Shown here piece after piece: positions 39,703 through 48,718 of a stretch of 64,000 nt of DNA; within the stretch, counting starts at the first letter, position 1; the number at the start of each line of letters is the position of its first letter. The notes beneath the pieces were generated by a model. It was not told the origin of the DNA, searched no databases, and saw only the letters and a list, made by a program, of their open reading frames with translations. The position numbers and the translations under genes were made by a program. Source of the stretch: Verrucomicrobiota bacterium (lineage in GTDB: Bacteria > Verrucomicrobiota > Verrucomicrobiia > Opitutales > JABDGR01); the NCBI GenBank assembly GCA_048497935.1, contig JBEHYY010000013.1, forward strand, positions 12,622 to 76,621, given 5' to 3'.

Positions 39703-39940
39703 GCAGCAGCCCAAAAGGGCCCGGGCCGAGAAAAATGATATGTCGGCAGTCGACGTCAGGGATAGGACCTGTACGCTGCCTTCCGCAACAAACCCACTGC
39801 CACCGCCTTCGAACGGTATTTGAAAACGGGTTCAGGTTCGGCGTTTGGGAAGAAGAGATTGTGGTAATTGCCCTTGCACTAACGTTTTTCCTCAAATCAA
39901 ATCCACCGTTCATCGAAGTTGAACTCGGGGCTCTATCTAT

Positions 39941-40900
39941 ATGCCTAATTTATCTTCAGTAGAGAAATGCTTTAAGGACATTTCTATCCAGCCTGATACC
40001 ATTGCCGAAGTGGAAAAGGTTTTAGGGCAATATCAGCTTTCAAATTTGGGTTATGATACTGATTTTGGTCTTAATCTCGGTTATATATTTCGCGGCGAAA
40101 TCGAATGGCCTACCCCTTTACAAACTGGAATTGAGCGAGCTGTGTTGAAAAATGATCTCGTTCAAACACGTGATTTGAGAAATTATGAAAGGGAAACTAC
40201 GGAAAATTTTGTTAACGACACTCAAGGAAGAGTTGCTCGTTTGCTTGATCCAATTCATTCAAGCAATCCAGAAGACGTGTTCTGGTGGTTGTCATGGATG
40301 CAACACTACGGAAGCGACACAAGATTCCTCGACTTCAGTCGTGATATCCGTTTTGCGCTCTATTTCGCATTGGAGCATTACTTTAATCACGAGAAAGGAA
40401 ATTCGACAAAGGATTTGTTCATTTATTGCTTTCCGTGTCAAAATCTGAAATTCCCCAAAGATGATGTAAATAACAAGAATCCATTCGCCTTTAACGGCAA
40501 GCCGATTGATATGAATTTGGCTCTTGGCTGCGAAATCAAGTTGCGTTGGATGGAGGTTCACCAAGGCTGCTATGGTACCGACTACACATCGAATCGCCTA
40601 AAACAATATTTCGGCTGGGACCGTCCTCATTATGAAAATCCGCGTTTGAATATGCAACGGGGTATGTTTGTGTATCCATTTTTATATCCTCTTGAAGACT
40701 TGAGGGTCGGGGAAAGCTGGTTCCTTCGAAATCTTGCAAGCAAAGTTAATGGCAACGAACCATATAAATATGCTACAAATGGTCTACATGCCGTTAGAAT
40801 TCGTATTTCACATCGTCTTGCGAAGGACCTTAAGGAAATGGTCGAGAAGAAATACGGCCTTCTCGATGAAGTTGTATATTTAAAAACTAAATCGATGTGA
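39941..40900 (+). CDS. FRG-domain protein (PF08867-like), low GC
   Basis: YIFRGE and WLSWMQHYGSDTRFLDFSRDIRFALYFAL match the FRG-domain consensus (YRGq ... aQHyGlPTRLLDwT...alyFA). AT-rich codon usage is atypical for this genome. Confidence 0.65.
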   Translation: MPNLSSVEKCFKDISIQPDTIAEVEKVLGQYQLSNLGYDTDFGLNLGYIFRGEIEWPTPLQTGIERAVLKNDLVQTRDLRNYERETTENFVNDTQGRVARLLDPIHSSNPEDVFWWLSWMQHYGSDTRFLDFSRDIRFALYFALEHYFNHEKGNSTKDLFIYCFPCQNLKFPKDDVNNKNPFAFNGKPIDMNLALGCEIKLRWMEVHQGCYGTDYTSNRLKQYFGWDRPHYENPRLNMQRGMFVYPFLYPLEDLRVGESWFLRNLASKVNGNEPYKYATNGLHAVRIRISHRLAKDLKEMVEKKYGLLDEVVYLKTKSM

Positions 40901-41019
40901 AGCCAGCACCACCCCCCTCAATTTAAGCTCGTCAGCATAGTGTCTGGGGGTGTTGCATAAGGTAAGTTGGCCAACATCTGCAAAGTAAGGCACCCGGGCC
41001 AGCTTACCCCCTACCCCCT

Positions 41020-42261
41020 ATGAAAGCTCCGTTCTTCTCGACTGCTGCGATTCTATTGACGTGTGCGAGTGTCGCCTCGGCCCAGCCCGCTGCCACTCCT
41101 GCCCCGGCCGTTGCGCCGGCCCCGGCCCAACCGGCCGCTGCCTCGGCTTCTGGGTCAGCTCAACCTATGGCTGCGGCGGCATCCTCCTCAGCCCAGCCCG
41201 CGGCGGCTGTGGCTTCAGCTTCTGCCCCGGCCACTGGGCGGGGCGGAGCGCGCGGAGGCGTGCCAACGCGCAATCCGCTCGCTGCCGGCTACGTCAAGGC
41301 CACCGAGCTGCCCGACGGCGAAGTACCACCATTGGCTGCCGAAGGCAATTTCATCATCGGATCCACGCACAAGGCGGCGCCGGAGATGAGTCCCGTGGCG
41401 GCGGGCGAACCCAAGGGCAAGGTCTATAAATTCACCCTCGATTCGACGGAGAGCAAATTTTACCCCGGTGTGGCGGTGGGTGCGCCCGCGGATGGCTCGA
41501 ACCCCTCGGCGATCAATCACCCCCAGCCGTACAAACGTTCCGTCTCCGTTTATGTGCCCGCGCAGTATGTGCCCGGGACGATTGCGCCGGTCATGATCAC
41601 CACCGATGGCGACAACCGGGCGTTCAATGTGCTCGACCATCTCATCCCCGAGAAAAAACTACCCGTGATGATCGTCGTCGCCATTCCCCCGGGCGGGCCC
41701 GATGGCCGCGGCGGCGAGCGCAACCTGGAATACGACACGGTTTCGGGCAAATACAGCGATTTTGTCGAAACCGAAGTACTGCCGATGGCCGAGAAGGTCG
41801 CCAACGTGAAGCTGACGAAAGACCCGGACGGGCGCGCCGTGATGGGCACCAGCTCGGGCGCGGCCGCGAGCATGATCATGGCCTGGCTCCACCCCGAGCG
41901 CTACCACCGCGTGCTCACGTTCTCCGGCACGTTCACCAACAATCAATACCCGGTCAACCCGGAGTATCCGCACGGCGCCTGGGGCCTCCATGAAACGCTG
42001 ATTCCCAACAGCCCCGTCCAGCCGCTGCGCATTTACATGGAAGTGGGCGACCACGACAACTTCAACGGGCCGATGCGCGATTGGGTGGAAGCCGGCGAAA
42101 ACATGGCCAAGATCCTGACGGAAAAAGGCTATCACTACAAATTCGTCTTCGCCCGCGGCGCCGGCCATACCGACCGGCCGACCATCTCGCAGCTCTACCC
42201 GACGGCGCTGCAATGGGTCTGGCAGGGTTACCCGATTGAGGCGAAAGCCGAGGCAAAGTAG
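41020..42261 (+). CDS. Secreted alpha/beta-hydrolase esterase (enterochelin/feruloyl-esterase-like) with an Ala/Pro-rich linker
   Basis: Signal peptide, low-complexity AP-rich region, and nucleophile elbow GTSSGA within the putative esterase fold. Confidence 0.6.
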   Translation: MKAPFFSTAAILLTCASVASAQPAATPAPAVAPAPAQPAAASASGSAQPMAAAASSSAQPAAAVASASAPATGRGGARGGVPTRNPLAAGYVKATELPDGEVPPLAAEGNFIIGSTHKAAPEMSPVAAGEPKGKVYKFTLDSTESKFYPGVAVGAPADGSNPSAINHPQPYKRSVSVYVPAQYVPGTIAPVMITTDGDNRAFNVLDHLIPEKKLPVMIVVAIPPGGPDGRGGERNLEYDTVSGKYSDFVETEVLPMAEKVANVKLTKDPDGRAVMGTSSGAAASMIMAWLHPERYHRVLTFSGTFTNNQYPVNPEYPHGAWGLHETLIPNSPVQPLRIYMEVGDHDNFNGPMRDWVEAGENMAKILTEKGYHYKFVFARGAGHTDRPTISQLYPTALQWVWQGYPIEAKAEAK

Positions 42262-42284
42262 ACTGCTGAAATTTCTTTTCCGAC

Positions 42285-43739
42285 ATGAGCTTCCTGCGTG
42301 CGGCCCTTCTCCCCCTGGCGGCGCTTTGGGCTTGCGGGCTCTCCATCCCCTGTCCAGCCGCGGAAACGGCGCAGGATCCGGCCCCGGCCAAACCCCGGGT
42401 GATAGTGACCACGGATGGCGAGGCCGATGACCGGTGCTCCATGGTGCGGTTTCTTCTGACGTGCGATGAGTTCGACGTGGAGGCCATCGTCAATACGAGC
42501 TCCCAGTTCCATTGGGACGGCGGCAAGGGCTGGAACGCGTTTCACCCGCCGTCGTGGGTCAAAGACTCGATCAACCTCTACGCGAAGATTTACCCCAACC
42601 TGCGGCTGCATGACCCGCGCTACCCCACCCCCGAGTTTCTGTTGAGCAAATGGAAAGTCGGCAACACCGGCGGCAACGGCGAGGCGGAAATTCGCACCGA
42701 GGGCGCGGAATTCATCGCCAAGATTCTTCTTGATGAGAGCGACTCCCGGCCCATTTGGATTCAAGCCTGGGGTGGCTGCAACACCATCGCCCGCGCGCTC
42801 AAAATCATCCAGGAAGACCATCCGGACAAGATGAAGGGCGTCGCCGCCAAGATCCGCCTCTATCTTATCTGGGAGCAGGATGATTCCTACCAACGCTATA
42901 TCCGGCCCAACTGGGAATCGTTCAACATCCCCACCATCATCGCCGACCAGTTTGACTGCATGGCTTATGTCTGGCCGCAGGTTTTGCCGGAGAAGACGAA
43001 GGCGTTTTTCGAGGCTGACTGGATGGGCAAAAATATCTTGAACGGCCACGGCCCGCTGTGCGACAGCTACGAGCACAAGAACGGCGTCTTCCAGGCCGAG
43101 GGCGACACACCGTCGTTTCTCTATTCCATTCCCAACGGGCTGCGCAGCATGGAGTCGCCCGGCTGGGGTGGCTGGGGCGGCCAGTTTGTCAAGGTGCGCA
43201 ACAACGTGTGGATGGATCCGCTGCCGGCCGCCGGCTGGGAACGCCCCACCGGCCGCTGGACCATCGACAACAGCTGGGCCAAGAAGCTTGAGAAAGCCAA
43301 GGATGCGTCCAGCATGGAAATCCGCACGCAGTACTTTAAGCCCATCTGGCGCTGGCTGGATGCCGTGCAAAACGATTTCGCCGCGCGGGCCGACTGGTGT
43401 GTGAAGGACTACGCCCACGCCAACCACGCCCCGGTCGTCCGCCTCCGGAACACGCCACTGGATATGAATGTTGCGCCCGGACAGGAAGTGACCCTCGACG
43501 CCAGCCCTACCACCGATCCGGACGGCAACGCGTTGAATTTCCGCTGGTGGAACTACACCGAGGCTGGCACCTATCAAGGCGCTGCACTGCCGGAGGCGAA
43601 AACCGCCGTTACCACAGTCAAAATTCCCCGCGATGCCAAGCCCGGCGATGAAATCCACTTGGTATGCGAAGTCACCGACACCGGTAGTCCGCCGCTGACG
43701 CGGTACGCGCGGGTGGTGCTGCATGTCAAAGGCCCCTGA
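42285..43739 (+). CDS. DUF1593 (nucleoside-hydrolase-like) protein with a C-terminal Sde182-type carbohydrate-binding domain
   Basis: Signal peptide; VIVTTDGEADDRCSMVRFLLTCDEFDVEAIVNTSSQ is the DUF1593 signature; the C-terminus is a beta-sandwich. Confidence 0.55.
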   Translation: MSFLRAALLPLAALWACGLSIPCPAAETAQDPAPAKPRVIVTTDGEADDRCSMVRFLLTCDEFDVEAIVNTSSQFHWDGGKGWNAFHPPSWVKDSINLYAKIYPNLRLHDPRYPTPEFLLSKWKVGNTGGNGEAEIRTEGAEFIAKILLDESDSRPIWIQAWGGCNTIARALKIIQEDHPDKMKGVAAKIRLYLIWEQDDSYQRYIRPNWESFNIPTIIADQFDCMAYVWPQVLPEKTKAFFEADWMGKNILNGHGPLCDSYEHKNGVFQAEGDTPSFLYSIPNGLRSMESPGWGGWGGQFVKVRNNVWMDPLPAAGWERPTGRWTIDNSWAKKLEKAKDASSMEIRTQYFKPIWRWLDAVQNDFAARADWCVKDYAHANHAPVVRLRNTPLDMNVAPGQEVTLDASPTTDPDGNALNFRWWNYTEAGTYQGAALPEAKTAVTTVKIPRDAKPGDEIHLVCEVTDTGSPPLTRYARVVLHVKGP

Positions 43740-43802
43740 GGGCGGGGATTTTCCTTCAACTTTAAATTTTAAGATTTCCAATTCCCCGCTACCACCTGCG
43801 CC

Positions 43803-44009
43803 ATGAAACCCGCTCCATCCATCGAACTCTGCCCGGCCTTGGCGCAGGCGCTCAAGGACGCGCCCGTCATTAAGAAAATTTTTACAAAAATGCCGCCCAG
43901 CCACCAGCGCGAGTACAACCGGCACGTCGCCGAGGCCAAAAAGCCGGAGACACAGGCCGCGCGCGCGGAAAAATCGCTGGCGATGATCGCGGCGTGGGGA
44001 AGGAAGTAG
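43803..44009 (+). CDS. YdeI/OmpD-associated family small protein
   Basis: SHQREYNRHVAEAKKPETQAARAEKSLAMIAAWGRK matches the conserved C-terminal YdeI motif. Confidence 0.6.
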   Translation: MKPAPSIELCPALAQALKDAPVIKKIFTKMPPSHQREYNRHVAEAKKPETQAARAEKSLAMIAAWGRK

Positions 44010-44352
44010 TTTTTATGTCTCAAGTTTGGGGTTTCGGCTTTTGATTTTTGGAGCTGGGGGTCGTTAGGCTTCTGCTTGAATTGCAGATTTTAAATTTAAA
44101 ATGCCGACGATGAAATTGGCAAAGTTGAAAGGCTGAAGGAAAAACTCCGTGAATTTTGCCTTAATTTTCCCTCCAACCCTTCGGCAAAAATATTTTCAAA
44201 AAATGAAAAGTAACGCTTGTTACCGGGCGCACTCTGCGGCACACTACAGGCAGGCACCGGTCGCCAAGCTTCATTTCTGACCGGGAGACGCGTAACTGCG
44301 GCTCGCTTACTAATACCACAAACCACAACAATCAAAATCCAAGGATACCACC

Positions 44353-44418
44353 ATGGCTAAGAAAAAAGCTGCAAAGAAGACCGTGAAGCGCAAGGTTGCC
44401 AAGAAGAAGAAGCGCTAG
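44353..44418 (+). CDS. Lysine-rich micro-protein, 21 aa (MAKKKAAKKTVKRKVAKKKKR)
   Basis: ATG preceded by AAGGA at -10 and immediately followed by a strong intrinsic terminator; not in the ORF track (below 60 aa). Confidence 0.4.
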   Translation: MAKKKAAKKTVKRKVAKKKKR

Positions 44419-44470
44419 GCTTGACCGCCCAGCACTCGAGGCCGCTTCACCGCGCCTTGGGTATCCCACA

Positions 44471-44500
44471 AAAGACCGTCGCAAGACGGTCTTTTTTTTG
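44471..44500. terminator. Rho-independent (bidirectional) terminator AAAGACCGTC-GCAA-GACGGTCTTTTTTTT
   Basis: Perfect 9-bp stem, 4-nt loop and T8 tract; lies between the convergent micro-ORF and the ECF-S gene. Confidence 0.8.
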
Positions 44501-44518
44501 CGCATACCCAACCGCCGT

Positions 44519-45109
44519 CTAGATGAAATTATTTTCCCGCAGATACCCTTTGGACTCAAAACGGCTCAATACCGGCTTGGGCAACAGCGCCAGGATGGCC
44601 GCGGCGAAGGTGCAGGAAAGGATCTTGTCTACCGGCTCAATCCAGGCCTGGGCGGAGGCAAAGGAGTCGCGCCAGTGCGCCACCATGCTGGAATAAAAGA
44701 TGGCAAAAGCGGACCGCGTGCCGTCCGGCTCGGCAAATGCCAGCGCCACGCCCGGTGCGCTGACGACGGCGGCGGCGATGCCGATAATCACGCCCGTGAC
44801 CGCTGTGCGCAGCGGATTCTTAAACCCACCGGACTGCGCGGCGCATCCGGCCACGGCGGCAATCGTCAGGTGCGTGAAAATAAAATACGGCATATGCGGA
44901 TTGAGCAGCCCGCCCAGCAGGCTGGACAGCACGCCCGTCAACGCGCCCCAGGGCCAGCCGCAAAGAAGCGTCACTGTAAGGGTGCCGATCGTGTCGAGGT
45001 AGATCGGCAAGTCCCAATGAATCGCGGGCAAGCCGGGGATTAAATTAATCGCCATGCCGCACAGAATGGCGGCCACACACCAAGGCTGGCAGCGGGACGG
45101 GGTATCCAT
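44519..45109 (-). CDS. ECF-type transporter S component (substrate unknown)
   Basis: About 196 aa with 5-6 TM helices in an ECF-S-like pattern. The ORF extends to 45535, but the hydrophobic core starts at MDTPS (45109). Confidence 0.5.
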   Translation of the reverse strand: MDTPSRCQPWCVAAILCGMAINLIPGLPAIHWDLPIYLDTIGTLTVTLLCGWPWGALTGVLSSLLGGLLNPHMPYFIFTHLTIAAVAGCAAQSGGFKNPLRTAVTGVIIGIAAAVVSAPGVALAFAEPDGTRSAFAIFYSSMVAHWRDSFASAQAWIEPVDKILSCTFAAAILALLPKPVLSRFESKGYLRENNFI

Positions 45110-45206
45110 GCCGCCAACGTTGGTGAAAATGCCATCCGCCGCAAGCCGGTTTCTGGAATAAACATTCGCCCCTCGCCGCCCCTTTGTTCTAGTCTGGGTT
45201 TTAATC

Positions 45207-46511
45207 ATGGCAGAATCCTTCAGCAAGCTGACTCTCCTCATAATCGGCTCCGGGGCGCGGGAGCACGCGCTGGTCAAGGCCGCGCGGCGCAGCCCCCTGG
45301 TCAAGATCGTGCATGCGGCGCCGGGCAATGCTGGCATTGCCGAGGAAGCCGTTTGCCATCCGGTGAAGGCCGATGATGTGCCCGGTTTGGTCGCGCTGGC
45401 AAAAAAGGAGCGGGCGGACTTTGTCATCGTCGGTCCGGAAGTGCCCCTGAGCCTCGGCCTGGTGGATGCGCTGGCCCAGGAAAACATTCCCGCCTTCGGG
45501 CCCCGGCAAGCCGGTGCCAGGCTGGAAGCCAGCAAGGTTTACACCAAGAGCTTTCTCCTGCGGAACAAAATTCCCACCGCGTACGGCGAAACCTTTGTCG
45601 CCTCGGCCCCGGCCCTGGCTTATATTAGACAGAAACCCCTGCCGATTGTCATCAAGGCCAGCGGCCTGGCCGCAGGCAAGGGCGTGACCGTGGCCATGAC
45701 GCACGCCGAGGCCGAAGCCGCCATCCGCGCGGCGCTCGACGACAAGGTTTTTGGCGCCAGTGGCGACGAGGTGTTGATTGAGGATTTCCTGCCTGGGGAA
45801 GAAGCTTCGATGATGCTCGTTGTCTGCGGGGAAAAGTACCTCGTCCTGCCGCCGAGCCAAGACCATAAGCGCGTGGGCGACGGCGATGTGGGCGCCAACA
45901 CTGGCGGCATGGGCGCCTATGCTCCCGCGGCCATTGTTGATGCCCCGCTGCTGACGCGGATTGAAAAGGAAATCATTCGCCCCACCCTGGCGGCCTTCAC
46001 CCGGGAAGGCATTGACTATCGCGGCGTACTCTACATCGGGCTGATGTTGACCCCCATTGGCCCCTCGGTGGTGGAGTTTAACGTCCGCTTTGGCGACCCG
46101 GAGTGCCAGGTTTTGCTGCCCTTGCTAGCCACCGATCCGATTAAAATCCTGTGGGACTGCGCCAAGGGCACCCTCAATCCCTCTGCCTGTGAGATTAAGG
46201 AATCATTTGCCGCGGCCGTCGTCATCGCCGCGCACAATTACCCAGCGGATCCGCGGACCGGCGACCCGATCTCCCTCCCTCCGGCGGCCAGCCTCCCTGC
46301 GAATGTTGACATTCTTCATGCCGGGACCAAGCGTCGGACGGATGGCGCCATCGTGACCAGCGGCGGGCGCGTGCTAAGTGTGGTGGCCACGGCTCCCACC
46401 TTGCGCATTGCGCTGGACGCCGCCTATGCGGCCTGCGCACGCATCCAATTCGCCGGCGGGCATTACCGCAAGGACATCGGCAGCCGGCAGCTGGCGCGCG
46501 AGGGAAAATAG
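45207..46511 (+). CDS. purD: Phosphoribosylamine--glycine ligase
   Basis: 434 aa; LIIGSGAREHAL ... ATP-grasp motifs. Confidence 0.9.
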   Translation: MAESFSKLTLLIIGSGAREHALVKAARRSPLVKIVHAAPGNAGIAEEAVCHPVKADDVPGLVALAKKERADFVIVGPEVPLSLGLVDALAQENIPAFGPRQAGARLEASKVYTKSFLLRNKIPTAYGETFVASAPALAYIRQKPLPIVIKASGLAAGKGVTVAMTHAEAEAAIRAALDDKVFGASGDEVLIEDFLPGEEASMMLVVCGEKYLVLPPSQDHKRVGDGDVGANTGGMGAYAPAAIVDAPLLTRIEKEIIRPTLAAFTREGIDYRGVLYIGLMLTPIGPSVVEFNVRFGDPECQVLLPLLATDPIKILWDCAKGTLNPSACEIKESFAAAVVIAAHNYPADPRTGDPISLPPAASLPANVDILHAGTKRRTDGAIVTSGGRVLSVVATAPTLRIALDAAYAACARIQFAGGHYRKDIGSRQLAREGK

Positions 46512-46557
46512 CGGGCGATCCACGCCTTTTGAAAATCGTTTTGCCTACGGTTGCAAA

Positions 46558-47598
46558 ATGTGCGAAATTCAGCGCCCTTACTTTATGCTGCCTTTGGTCT
46601 TTCTTGCCGTCGGTGCCTTGTCATTGCCGGCCGATGTCTCCCCCGATCTTTTCCCTCGTGGCGACCAGAAAACACCCGCCGAAGTGGAACTGGCCGGCCT
46701 GATGGCGCTGTACCCCGGGCATATTCTGCGTGGTCTGCCCCACGCGAACGACTCCGCCAACAAAGACCGCCAGCCGCGCATTGTCGAGCTACGGCACGAC
46801 GTCACCTACTATATGCGCATTTATGACCTCAATGCCGCGCTGCCTGAGATTGCCACCTATCTCGGCAAGCCGGGCCTGATTCTCGACCTGCGGTATGTGA
46901 CGGCCGATTCCAAAACCTCCGCCGCCTTTGCCGCCCTGCTCAGCAAAGCGGGGCTCGCCAGCGCACCTTTGCAGGGCGTGGGCAAACTGGAGGATCCCGA
47001 GGCCCTGCCCGCGCCGACCAACACGGACAAAGAGCACACGCCACCCCTCGTGCTAGTCATGGTTAACGGACAAACTTCGGGCCCCCTCGAAGCCTGGCTG
47101 GAAGTCTTTCAGGAAAAGGAAAGCGTGCTCGCCGTGGGCACTCCCACCATGGGCCAACCCGCCATCTACATGGATTACCCCGGCCAGCCCGGTTACACCA
47201 TTATCGACGGCGAATTGCGGCCCGAAAGCGGCTCGCTTGTGGGCATCGGGCTTAAGCCTCGTTTTACCGTCGAGGTGACGCCCCAACAGAGTGACGTCGC
47301 TTATTTCAGCGTGGAACATGGCACCGTGGACATTGTGAATATGCTCCGCCAGGAACGCGCCGTAGTCACCCCCGCCCCGCCTGTTGCTTCGGGCAGTGCT
47401 GGTAACGGGTTGGGCGCACCCCAAGGCGCACCCGCCACCCCCCAGACCACCACCGTCACCACCGAAGCGCGCGACGCCGTGTTGCAACGCGCGGTGGATG
47501 TGGTTGCCGCTTTACAAGTGTTGGGCCGGTTGCCATCGTCAAAAGACGCGGGTACCGCCAAGCTGCCGGCCAATGCCGGTGCCGCTCCCGCCAAGTGA
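46558..47598 (+). CDS. Secreted S41-peptidase-like protein lacking the catalytic Lys (probable pseudo-protease)
   Basis: Aligns with the ctpA of this window (LILDLR / LVLDLR; ...VLAVGTPTMGQP vs ...VILGTRTFGKG), and the catalytic-dyad Lys is replaced by Gln; signal peptide MLPLVFLAVGAL. The start could instead be 46585. Confidence 0.5.
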   Translation: MCEIQRPYFMLPLVFLAVGALSLPADVSPDLFPRGDQKTPAEVELAGLMALYPGHILRGLPHANDSANKDRQPRIVELRHDVTYYMRIYDLNAALPEIATYLGKPGLILDLRYVTADSKTSAAFAALLSKAGLASAPLQGVGKLEDPEALPAPTNTDKEHTPPLVLVMVNGQTSGPLEAWLEVFQEKESVLAVGTPTMGQPAIYMDYPGQPGYTIIDGELRPESGSLVGIGLKPRFTVEVTPQQSDVAYFSVEHGTVDIVNMLRQERAVVTPAPPVASGSAGNGLGAPQGAPATPQTTTVTTEARDAVLQRAVDVVAALQVLGRLPSSKDAGTAKLPANAGAAPAK

Positions 47599-47632
47599 CA
47601 CCTTGCCACCCGACCGATTGAGAGAGCCCAGG

Positions 47633-48118
47633 ATGCCCGCGCGGAACGTCATCACCTTTGTCTGCACCGCCAATGTGTGCCGCAGCCCCATGGCCCAGCG
47701 CCTGCTGGCCCATGCCTTGCACGCGGAAAAGGACCCGCTGCATTCGCTGCAAACCGCCTCGGCCGGCCTTTCCGCCTATGGTGGCGATGCGGCCTCGCTA
47801 AATTCCGTCCGCGTGCTGGAAAGCGTGGGCATTGACCTGCGCGACCATGTGAGCCAGCGGCTGACGCAGGATTTGGTTGACCGCTCCTTTGCCATCTTTG
47901 GCATGACTTCCTCGCACAAGCTGCTCATCGAAACGCAGTTTCGCGTGTCCAGCCCCCATGTGTACCTGATGCGTGATTTCATGCCACCCGACGTGGAGCA
48001 CGAAATCTCCGACCCCTACGGCATGGACTTGGCCGACTATGAATTTGCCCGGGATTCCATGGTCGAAGCGATACCCTCCATCCTGGAATTCCTGCGCAAA
48101 GAATACAAAGGGAAATAA
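47633..48118 (+). CDS. Low-molecular-weight protein-tyrosine phosphatase
   Basis: P-loop CTANVCRS (CX5R) at the N-terminus and a DP motif (DPYG). Confidence 0.8.
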   Translation: MPARNVITFVCTANVCRSPMAQRLLAHALHAEKDPLHSLQTASAGLSAYGGDAASLNSVRVLESVGIDLRDHVSQRLTQDLVDRSFAIFGMTSSHKLLIETQFRVSSPHVYLMRDFMPPDVEHEISDPYGMDLADYEFARDSMVEAIPSILEFLRKEYKGK

Positions 48119-48156
48119 CCTTTGCCTTCAGCCGCCGCTTGCGGTGGACTAAAGTC

Positions 48157-48597
48157 ATGAAAATATCTGTGGGAGCCGACCATGGCGGCGTTGATTTGAA
48201 GGACTTCCTCGCCCAAGGCTTGCGCGCGGCCGGTCATGAAGTCCTCGACCGCGGCACGCAAGGCCACGACTCGGTGGACTATCCGGATTTCGCCGTGGCC
48301 GTGGCCGAGGATGTGGCCAAAGGCGGCGCCGAGCGGGGTGTCCTCGTATGCAGCTCGGGCATCGGCATTTCCATCGCCGCCAACAAGGTTCATGGCATCC
48401 GCGCGGCATTGGTGCATAACGAGGACGGCGCTGAATTCTGCCGTCGGCACAACAATGCCAATGTCATCTGCTTCGGTCAGAAATACATCACGCCATACAT
48501 GGCTCAAAAGCTCACGACCATTTTCCTGGCCACCGCCTTTGAGGGCGGCCGCCATGAACGCCGGGTAAACAAGATTGGCGCGGAAGAGGCACCCTAG
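48157..48597 (+). CDS. rpiB: Ribose-5-phosphate isomerase B
   Basis: MKISVGADHGG ... CSSGIGISIAANK are RpiB/LacAB motifs. Confidence 0.85.
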   Translation: MKISVGADHGGVDLKDFLAQGLRAAGHEVLDRGTQGHDSVDYPDFAVAVAEDVAKGGAERGVLVCSSGIGISIAANKVHGIRAALVHNEDGAEFCRRHNNANVICFGQKYITPYMAQKLTTIFLATAFEGGRHERRVNKIGAEEAP

Positions 48598-48718
48598 CCC
48601 CGGCATCTCCCCAAGAGCCATTCCAAGCGGTTTAACGCCCAATTCATGATTGCATCATCGCGCTTTGAAGGTTGAATTAAGCACCCAAACCAGAACACTT
48701 GCCCACCCAGATCCCTCC

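Noticed and set aside
39941-40900. Calling the FRG-domain gene a named defence system (Abi, Thoeris, etc.)
   Set aside because: Only a single domain is recognisable and there are no partner genes. I could not link FRG to a specific published system with certainty, so it is reported as a candidate only.
45110-45206. A preQ1-I riboswitch call for the ECF-S leader (CCCAGACTAGAACAAAGG resembles the Tte preQ1 3' tail)
   Set aside because: No matching 5' P1 strand was found upstream, so the similarity is too weak without covariance-model evidence. It is kept only as a low-interest finding.
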